From: Elusimicrobiota bacterium
GTDB lineage: Bacteria; Elusimicrobiota; Elusimicrobia; UBA1565
Assembly: GCA_043827405.1 (NCBI GenBank)
Contig: JBDRPD010000046.1
Location: 1-41,024, forward strand
Length of the DNA stretch: 41,024 nt
Reading direction: 5' to 3'
The notes under the pieces were generated by a model. The model was given only the letters and a program-made list of their open reading frames with translations, was not told where the DNA came from and did no database searches. The position numbers and the translations under genes are program-made. This document shows, piece after piece, positions 8,101-15,300 of the stretch (its first letter is position 1; each line of letters starts with the position of its first letter).

Positions 8101-10238
8101 AGCGCGGGTGCGCCGCGGTCTTTTTTACCTTTTTTGCTTTGTACCTGTGGACCATGTCCCCGTCGCTCGCCGCTTACCGCGACACGGGCGAGATGACGCT
8201 GAGCGCGCATACGCTGGGGGTTTCCCATCCGCCCAGCTATCCGCTCTACATCCTGACCGGCCGCCTTGCCGACAGCCTGCCCTTGGCCCAGCCGGCCTAC
8301 GCTATCGGCCTGCTCTCCGTCGTCGCGGGGGCGGGAGCGCTCGCCGTTCTCTTTCTCCTGCTCGCCGGCCGCTACGGACCGGCGGCCGCCGGCGCCGGCG
8401 TCCTGCTGCTGGGGACCAATGCCACCTTCTGGAACGTATCGACCGTGCAGGAGATGTACAGCCTGACGCTCCTGCTGGCGGCGGTGCTGCTGGGACTCGG
8501 ACTGCGTCTGAGCGAGAGTTTCGGCGAGCGCCGCTGGTACGGCGCGGTATTCCTGTTCGGGCTGTTTTTGGGCAACCGAACGGATCTGCTGCTGTGGCTG
8601 CCGGGTCTGCTGTGGCTGAGTATGCCGAGCGATTTTCACCGCTGGCGCACCCGGCGCCGCGCCCGCCTGCTGCTGGTTTCCGCCGGCTTCGGCTTATTGG
8701 GGCTGAGCGTCTATCTTTATCTGCCGCTGCGTTCGCTGCAGGGGCCGTGGCTGGATTGGAACCATCCCGCCGAGCTCTACAACTTCATCGGCTCGCTGAC
8801 CCGCCGGGGCTACGGCGGGACGCTGGACCTCCTGTCCAAAAACTATTCCCTGGGGGCGATGTTTTTTCCCAATCTCAAGGTCTACGGCGCGCACCTATGG
8901 CATAATTTTTCGCTGCTCGGCCTGCTGCTGGTCGCGGCGGGGCTGCTCCGGGAGTTTTCCGTCGCCCGCCGCCGCTGCATCGGCCTGGCCGTGCTGTACG
9001 GCGCGAGCGGACCGCTGTTCTTGTTTCTGGCGAATCTCCCGCCCAACCCGCATGCCATGGCGATCGTGGATCCGCATTACCTGCTGTCGGATCTCATCCT
9101 CGTATGCTGGGCCGCGGCCGGCGCCGCATCGCTTGCGTCCTTAGGCCTGCCGCGCTGGGCTCCCGCGGCGGCGGCGGCGGTCCTGGCGCTCCAGCCGTGG
9201 CTGCTGGGACGCTACGGCGAGATGAACCGGCGCTGGGACCTGGTCTCCTACGACTACGTCAAAAACGTCATGCGCGCGGCGCCCGAGCGCTCGATCATCG
9301 TGGCCAAGAAGGATGTTCAGCTCTTCAGCCTCTGGTACTACCGCTATGTCCGCGGCCGGCGGATCGATCTGCACGTGCTGCCGCAGGGGCTGTCGCACAG
9401 CCTTTGGTTCCAGCTGGCGCAGAAGCGTTTCGGCAGCCCGCTCACGCTGGGCGAGCTTAAAACGAAGAACGGCTGGGATGCGTTGACGCGAGCGAACAGC
9501 CGGCCCGTCTACACCACCATGGACGTGGAAGTCCCCCCCGGTGTCGCGCTGGGCCCGACGGCCGGCCTGCTTACGCGGATCGGCCTTCCGGCGGCGGGCT
9601 CCTCGCCGGCCGCTGCGACGTTCCAGGTCCGGCGAGGGGATTACCGGTACGAGCGGCGTCCGGACTTTTTCACCGCCGACCTGGTCGGCGACTACGCTGT
9701 CGCCATGCAGCGCCGGGGCAGCGCTCATGTGGCGCGCGGCGAATTCGCCGCCGCGCGGGGGCAGCTTATGGGCGCCTGGTCCGTGCGCTGGCGGCTGCCC
9801 GAGGCGGCGACCTTCCTGGCGTTTTTGTCTTTCCGCTCCGGCGATATGGAGGCCGCGCTGGAGAAATACCAGCTGGCCGACATGCTCTACGACCGGACGC
9901 TGGCTTTGACCCGGGAGTATCATTCGCTGCCCGATGTGGTGGGACATATTCGTCGTGCCGCCGCCGATACCAGCATGAATCTGGGGGTGGTGCTGGAGAA
10001 GAAGGGCGACCGGGAGGCCGCGGAGCGCCTCTACCGCAAGGCCCTGGCGCATGATCCCGAAAAAGCTCAGGCGCACTATAATATCGCCGTGCTTTACTGG
10101 CAGCGCGACCTGCGACGATCGGTGACGGAGCTGGAGGCGGCGCTGCGCATCGATCCCAACCACGCCGAAGCGCGGAAGTTTTTGCCGGTCGCGCGTTCCC
10201 GGCTCGACCGCGGGCAGCCCCCGCGGCTCAGCCCTTAA
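8097..10238 (+). CDS. DUF2723/TMEM260-like GT-C glycosyltransferase with TPRs (copy 2)
   Basis: ATGA overlap at 8097-8100; YRDTGE..HPPSYPLY, QEMYSL, YLYLPLRS, DWNHP; TPRs MNLGVVL and AHYNIAVLY. Confidence 0.85.
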   Translation: MKRGCAAVFFTFFALYLWTMSPSLAAYRDTGEMTLSAHTLGVSHPPSYPLYILTGRLADSLPLAQPAYAIGLLSVVAGAGALAVLFLLLAGRYGPAAAGAGVLLLGTNATFWNVSTVQEMYSLTLLLAAVLLGLGLRLSESFGERRWYGAVFLFGLFLGNRTDLLLWLPGLLWLSMPSDFHRWRTRRRARLLLVSAGFGLLGLSVYLYLPLRSLQGPWLDWNHPAELYNFIGSLTRRGYGGTLDLLSKNYSLGAMFFPNLKVYGAHLWHNFSLLGLLLVAAGLLREFSVARRRCIGLAVLYGASGPLFLFLANLPPNPHAMAIVDPHYLLSDLILVCWAAAGAASLASLGLPRWAPAAAAAVLALQPWLLGRYGEMNRRWDLVSYDYVKNVMRAAPERSIIVAKKDVQLFSLWYYRYVRGRRIDLHVLPQGLSHSLWFQLAQKRFGSPLTLGELKTKNGWDALTRANSRPVYTTMDVEVPPGVALGPTAGLLTRIGLPAAGSSPAAATFQVRRGDYRYERRPDFFTADLVGDYAVAMQRRGSAHVARGEFAAARGQLMGAWSVRWRLPEAATFLAFLSFRSGDMEAALEKYQLADMLYDRTLALTREYHSLPDVVGHIRRAAADTSMNLGVVLEKKGDREAAERLYRKALAHDPEKAQAHYNIAVLYWQRDLRRSVTELEAALRIDPNHAEARKFLPVARSRLDRGQPPRLSP

Positions 10239-11472
10239 GGCGCAGGCGCAGGGCGAGCGCTCCCAGGATGCCGACGTGCAGCAGCGCCGCCGTCTTGCCG
10301 ACCAGCGGGTCGGTGCGCCGCCGCCGCTCTTCTTTCTCGCGTTCTTCGCGCAGACGCTGCTCCGCGATGCCGCGCAGCAGCGCCAGGTGCTTGGCTGCGA
10401 GCGCCTCTTTCGCTTCGCGCTCGGCTTTCGCGCGCCGGGTGTTTTTAAGGAGCGTGTTTAGATCGGCGATCAGCCAAGGCCTCGCTCCGGGCTCCTTCCA
10501 GTGGTAATGCGCGCTCGCGGTCTCCGGCAGGGGAAGCTTCGCGAAGGATACGCTGCCGGCCGCGGTGTCGGCGACGGATAGAACCGACGTCAGGCGGCCG
10601 CCGTCGCGGCATTCGATGAGCAGCGCCTCGCCCGCGGCGTGGCGCGAGCGCAGATCGTCGCACGGCCGCGGTATGTAGGGCACCTGCTGACGCATTCGAA
10701 TCTTGGGAAAGAAGAGGTAAGCGCCCTTTTCGCCTTTGAGCAGCAGGCATTCGCCGCCCGGGCACCAGTCGATCGGGCGGCTGCGCGCGAGCTCGGCGAC
10801 GGCGGTCGCGGGGTAGACCCAGCGTTCCTGGAAGGGGTTGAGCGAATAGAGCGCGGGAGGCCGGGAGCCGTAGAACAGCAGCAGCGCCTCGTCGCGGCTG
10901 GGGAACAGCCGGATATCGGAGACTTCCGTCGACAGTCGTACCGAATACAGCGTCTCGCTGTTGCCCGGCCGGCGGTAGGCGATGGAGCCGAACGTCTCGC
11001 GGCTCCAGGGGCCGTCCATCCAGACGCTTTCGGGCGGCGGCGCGGGCAGCGGCTGACGATTGGCGACATCGTAGTATGAGATCTCGTAGTTGTCGAGGCT
11101 GCCGTCCTTGCGCCGCAGATACCGGCCGTCCGGAGACAGGGTGACCTCTTCGAAGCGGAGCGCTCCCTTGCCGGTTACGATGCTCTTGCGGGACAGGACG
11201 CTGCCGTAGAGGCCGCGGATATCGAACAGGTAAAAAACGGACTCGTTCTCGCTCGCGGTCGAAACGGCGTAGAGCCCGCGGACGGGATCGGCGGCGTAGG
11301 CCTGGATGCGGTTCGAGCTCTGAAAGAAGACCGTGGTCGATGACTGCGTCCGGTAGACGATCTCGTGCGGCGTCGAGTAGAGCAGCCCCTGAACATAGCG
11401 GTCTCCCAGGTTCCCGCCGTGCGCGGCGCCCGCGGAACCGAGCAGGGCGGCGAGCGGGAGGAGGAGCTTCAT
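10228..11472 (-). CDS. Hypothetical exported protein with beta-rich (propeller-like) body, charged helical stalk and C-terminal TM anchor
   Basis: Signal peptide MKLLLPLAALLGSAGAAHG, TolB/WD-like TLSPDGRYL, C-terminal hydrophobic helix with basic tail; last gene of the - strand operon. Confidence 0.65.
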   Translation of the reverse strand: MKLLLPLAALLGSAGAAHGGNLGDRYVQGLLYSTPHEIVYRTQSSTTVFFQSSNRIQAYAADPVRGLYAVSTASENESVFYLFDIRGLYGSVLSRKSIVTGKGALRFEEVTLSPDGRYLRRKDGSLDNYEISYYDVANRQPLPAPPPESVWMDGPWSRETFGSIAYRRPGNSETLYSVRLSTEVSDIRLFPSRDEALLLFYGSRPPALYSLNPFQERWVYPATAVAELARSRPIDWCPGGECLLLKGEKGAYLFFPKIRMRQQVPYIPRPCDDLRSRHAAGEALLIECRDGGRLTSVLSVADTAAGSVSFAKLPLPETASAHYHWKEPGARPWLIADLNTLLKNTRRAKAEREAKEALAAKHLALLRGIAEQRLREEREKEERRRRTDPLVGKTAALLHVGILGALALRLRLKG

Positions 11473-11473
11473 C

Positions 11474-12721
11474 CTACAGCTTCTGGAGCTGCTCTTGGGT
11501 TACCGTTCGCGGGAACTGTGTGAAGCGGAACTGAAACATGCCGAGCATGTCCCAGCCGCCGTCGAACTTGAGGTAGGCGATATCGAAGTTGAGCTTCAGG
11601 AAGTAGCCGATTTTGAAGTTGATCAGGATGGGGTTGAGGACCATGCCGTTGGGTTTGAGAAACTCCACCGCCAAAGGCTGGCTGGGCGTGGGCAGGTAAA
11701 GCAGGCTGGCGAAGAGCACGGTGCTGGATTTCGCCTCCTGGTTCGCATGGCCCGCGAACGGCAAAAAAGTGGGGGTCATGAACTCGCTGATCAGACCGAT
11801 GCGGTCGCCGGCGCTGCCCTGCGAGAAACCGACGCTCGAGTGGACCCCGAAGATCTTCTTGGTGAGCACCAGGTAGCCCTCCGCCAGGGCGCGCGTCGTG
11901 TCGTTGCTCACGTTTACCGTGACCCCCGGAGTGGAGAGGGCGGGCTGCGGCGCGTCGCGGAAAGTGAAAATGCCGCGGCCGCCGACCGACATCGCGGGGC
12001 GCCAGCGCGTTTCCGACTGCAGCTGCATCTTGCCGTCGACGCTCAGGAACCAGACGCCGATACGGTCCAGGTAATTCGTCTCCTGCAAAGTCAGCGAATT
12101 CTTGCCGTAGAGCCGGCCGATGAAGTAAACCGCGTTGAAGTCGAGCCCGAGGCCGGGGCGGTTGGACTGGTTGACGCCGCGGTAGGCGGTGGGCGTCATG
12201 ACGACGGCGCTGACGCTTACCGGCGGCGCCTTTTTCAGGGCTTCGAGCTTCTGGGCCCCGGTCATGCCGGTGGTCGCGGACTGCAGCCCCGGCAGCAGCA
12301 TCGGCTTCTCCTCCACCGTGTAGACGATGCGCACCATCATCGTCGATACCGAGATGGCCGCATAGCTGTCCGGGACGGGCTGCTCGGGGATGGCGAAGAC
12401 GTCCCCCCGGACCGAGAGGATGCCCGGCATCCACTGCAGCTTGTCGACGTCGGTGCGGATGTCCGAGGGGGTGTAGAGCAGGCCCCGGCGGGCGCGCACA
12501 TTTTCGCGCAGAGAGTAATCGCTGATGTTTAGATTGCCGCGGAAGACAACTTCGCCGACCACCCACGGGCCCAGGTCGGACGGCAGCGACAGGCCCAGGT
12601 AGGCCGGGGCGGGAGTGGAAACGGCGACTTCATCGGCGGGCGGCGCCGTGACCTGCGCCTGCGCGCGGAGCGCGGAGCCGGCGACGGCAAGGAGGCCGAG
12701 CAGAGGCAGCAGCTTTTTCAT
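11474..12721 (-). CDS. Exported protein with single POTRA-like domain and C-terminal beta-barrel-like region
   Basis: Start MKKLLPLL at 12721 (ATGA overlap with pgpA stop), signal peptide, POTRA-like VGEVVFRGNLNISDYSLR...YTPSDIRTDVDKL...IVYTVEEKP, then alternating aromatic beta-strands. Confidence 0.7.
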   Translation of the reverse strand: MKKLLPLLGLLAVAGSALRAQAQVTAPPADEVAVSTPAPAYLGLSLPSDLGPWVVGEVVFRGNLNISDYSLRENVRARRGLLYTPSDIRTDVDKLQWMPGILSVRGDVFAIPEQPVPDSYAAISVSTMMVRIVYTVEEKPMLLPGLQSATTGMTGAQKLEALKKAPPVSVSAVVMTPTAYRGVNQSNRPGLGLDFNAVYFIGRLYGKNSLTLQETNYLDRIGVWFLSVDGKMQLQSETRWRPAMSVGGRGIFTFRDAPQPALSTPGVTVNVSNDTTRALAEGYLVLTKKIFGVHSSVGFSQGSAGDRIGLISEFMTPTFLPFAGHANQEAKSSTVLFASLLYLPTPSQPLAVEFLKPNGMVLNPILINFKIGYFLKLNFDIAYLKFDGGWDMLGMFQFRFTQFPRTVTQEQLQKL

Positions 12722-13260
12722 ATCAGCCACCATCCGGGTGCGAGCATGCCGACGCCGCGCAGGATCAGGTTCGTAGCCGCTCCCGCCGCGACATCGTCCA
12801 TGACGACGCCGAAGCCTCCCGGAAGCCGTTCGCAGCTGCGGATGGGCGGCGGCTTGCAGGCGTCCAGGACGCGGAATATGATAAAGGCGGCCGCGAGCAG
12901 AACGGGATCGCGCGGCAGCAAGGCCGCGGCGAACCAAAATCCGATCGTCTCATCGAGTATAATCCTCGCGTCGTCATGATGGCCCAGCGCCGTCTGCGCT
13001 CGTCCGCACACCGCGCTGCCCGCCGCGGTCGCCGCCGCGAGAACCGCGGCCGTCGCGATCCGGCCTTCCGGCATGGCGTACAAAAGCGCCCAGCCGACCA
13101 GGGTGCCGATGAAGCCCGCGCCGGACCAACGCCTCTCCTGCGCCCAACGGGTCCCTTTGGTCAGCCAAAATGGAATATAACTTAAATACAGCACCGTCGC
13201 AACAGCGACGGCCGTCTTGTCCGCCCAGGCGGCGCTAAGGGATTTCCCGGCGGCCGTTAT
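12718..13260 (-). CDS. pgpA: Phosphatidylglycerophosphatase A
   Basis: HHDDARIILDETIGFW, FRVLDACKPPPI, GGFGVVMDDVAAG. Start uncertain: GTG 13194 in the ORF track, but homologous sequence extends to ATA 13260. Confidence 0.85.
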   Translation of the reverse strand: MTAAGKSLSAAWADKTAVAVATVLYLSYIPFWLTKGTRWAQERRWSGAGFIGTLVGWALLYAMPEGRIATAAVLAAATAAGSAVCGRAQTALGHHDDARIILDETIGFWFAAALLPRDPVLLAAAFIIFRVLDACKPPPIRSCERLPGGFGVVMDDVAAGAATNLILRGVGMLAPGWWLI

Positions 13261-13847
13261 TTCTCGTTCTCCGGGGCATTCCAGCTTTTACGCAGCATGC
13301 GCCGCGAGGTGTACAGATAGTGCCCTCCGCTCAGTATGCTGACAATCATGCTGAGCACCACAAGATGGTACGGAATGCCCCGGGTCCAACCCGGCAGCGC
13401 CAGCCAGCCGTAGCTCCATACGACCAAGAGCGCCAGGATGGCCAGGATGGATACGCTTTGCACGACCATCTTGAACTTGCCTCCGCTGTCGGCCGCCAGC
13501 AGCACGCCCTGCATCCCCGCCAGCGCGCGCAGGCCTCCGATGAGCAGCTCGCGCACGATAATGAAGAAAACCGCCCAGGGCGGGATGTCGATCTCGGGGA
13601 TGCGGACAAACGCGATGAGCGCTCCGATGACCAGCACCTTGTCCGCCAGCGGATCGGCGGTGACGCCGAAGGGACTGACGGATTTCGTGCGGCGGGCGAC
13701 CCAGCCGTCGACCCAGTCGGTGGCGGTTGCCGCGAGAAAGAGCGCAAACGCCGTCGCGTAGAGCGCCGGCCGCTGCGCCCAGATGCAGATGAACGCCGCT
13801 GGAGCGATGCCGAGCCGAACCAGCGTGAGCTTGTTCGCTAGCGTCAC
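13257..13847 (-). CDS. pgsA: CDP-diacylglycerol--glycerol-3-phosphate 3-phosphatidyltransferase
   Basis: ANKLTLVR, CDP-alcohol phosphotransferase motif TDWVDGWVARR...FG...DPLADK, GKFKMVVQ. Confidence 0.92.
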   Translation of the reverse strand: MTLANKLTLVRLGIAPAAFICIWAQRPALYATAFALFLAATATDWVDGWVARRTKSVSPFGVTADPLADKVLVIGALIAFVRIPEIDIPPWAVFFIIVRELLIGGLRALAGMQGVLLAADSGGKFKMVVQSVSILAILALLVVWSYGWLALPGWTRGIPYHLVVLSMIVSILSGGHYLYTSRRMLRKSWNAPENEK

Positions 13848-14539
13848 CGGTTGATCGTTCGCCAGCCCGCGGAGTCGATGGGGATGTCGCTGAGGGAGAT
13901 CTCACTGCCGCCGAAAATAAGACGCAGGGCGTCCGGGTCCACGGTGCGCAGCGCGACGTTCTTGTGCGCCTCCCAGCGCTGCCGCTCCCCGCTGGGAATG
14001 CGTCCCTCGAAGCGCGGTGCGCCGTCGATCTTTAGCCGGATATGAAGGTCCTTGGACGCCGTTAGTTCGAGCGTCGCGGCGGCGCGCTCGGGCGCGGCCT
14101 GCCGCTGCGCGGCGGCGTCGTCCTGCTGCGCGCCGCGTCCGCCCAACAGCGACCAGAGGGCCAGCCCGGCGACCAGCAGCGCCGAGGCGGCGAAGACGGC
14201 GGTCTGCGGCGCGAACGGCAAGCGCGGGATATCGTCGATGGCCGTCGTCTTGCTGCGCGGCGTTTCCGCAGCCGTCTCGTCGGCCGGCGGCGGCGGGGCG
14301 AGCAGCCGCCATACAGGCTCGAATTCCAGCTCCAGGTAGTCGCAGTAGTTTTTAAGGAACCCCCGCATGTAGACGGGAGCGGGGAAGGCCCGGGCATCAT
14401 TCTCTTCCAGCGCCTCAAGCAGCCGCTTGGGGATGCGCGTATGCTGGTGCGCGGCTTCGAGGCTGTGTCCGCGCAGGGTCCTTCGTTTGCGCAGGACCGA
14501 GCCGGCGTCCCGCGCTTCGCTGTCCTGCTGCTGCGTCAT
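13844..14539 (-). CDS. RodZ-like HTH + TM + DUF4115 protein
   Basis: GSVLRKRR..G.SLE...TRI...LEALE....PAPVYMRGFLKNYCDYL, TM helix, C-terminal beta domain; classic ftsK-lolA-rodZ-pgsA context. Confidence 0.8.
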   Translation of the reverse strand: MTQQQDSEARDAGSVLRKRRTLRGHSLEAAHQHTRIPKRLLEALEENDARAFPAPVYMRGFLKNYCDYLELEFEPVWRLLAPPPPADETAAETPRSKTTAIDDIPRLPFAPQTAVFAASALLVAGLALWSLLGGRGAQQDDAAAQRQAAPERAAATLELTASKDLHIRLKIDGAPRFEGRIPSGERQRWEAHKNVALRTVDPDALRLIFGGSEISLSDIPIDSAGWRTINR

Positions 14540-15288
14540 GGCTGGAACTTCGGCGGCTTGAAATTCCGGAAGACCTCGGCTCCGGCGGGCGGCGTGAAAC
14601 GGAAGTCTTTCCCCTGCAGATCGGGGTTGTAGGTGAGGTCGTCGAAGCGGGTCTGAATGCTCATCGAGCCGACTTCAAGTATCGTGGCGCTGGGAAACAG
14701 CGTGTCGCGGCTCAGCTCCAGGCGCAGCGTAAAAGCCGTCTTCTGCGCCGTCTTCGGGCGCAGAATGAGGGCATTGATTCCGGCGGCGCTGTCGAGCGCC
14801 ACGTCGTATGCCTGCAGCATCTTTCCGTAGCTGCCGAACTGCATGAGGTTGCCGATCGCCGGATCGGACTGCTTCCAGTCTTCCAGCTTGGAATGGATAA
14901 CCTGGTCGCGGGAGTGGCGGTGGATCCAGACGTCCTTGCCGTCCGCGACGATGGTCTGACGCTCGGGACGGATATGTTCGATGCGGATGCGCTCCGGTTT
15001 CAGGAAGCCGACATTCCCCTCGATGGAAGAGGACATGCCGGTCTCCGGCACCGCGAGGTTCTGCGTGAAATGGGCGCTGAGCGAATGCAGGTTGGCGTCG
15101 AAATACGCGAAATGGGCGAGGACCGCATCCAGAGTCAGCGGTTCGGTCGAACGCCAGACGAAGGTCTGGGTGGAAAACTCGACCGCGGCGGAAGGCGTCG
15201 CATCCGGAGTCGCCTCGCCGGCCAAAACCGGGGCCGCAAAAGCGCCGGCCAATAAAAAAATAACGAAAAATGCGGCGGATCTGCTCAT
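14536..15288 (-). CDS. lolA: Outer-membrane lipoprotein carrier LolA family
   Basis: Signal peptide; SLSAHFTQ, G...FLKPERIRIEH..PERQTIVADGK.VW, FRFTPPAGAEV; follows ftsK. Confidence 0.85.
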   Translation of the reverse strand: MSRSAAFFVIFLLAGAFAAPVLAGEATPDATPSAAVEFSTQTFVWRSTEPLTLDAVLAHFAYFDANLHSLSAHFTQNLAVPETGMSSSIEGNVGFLKPERIRIEHIRPERQTIVADGKDVWIHRHSRDQVIHSKLEDWKQSDPAIGNLMQFGSYGKMLQAYDVALDSAAGINALILRPKTAQKTAFTLRLELSRDTLFPSATILEVGSMSIQTRFDDLTYNPDLQGKDFRFTPPAGAEVFRNFKPPKFQP

Positions 15289-15300
15289 AACGACATTGTA

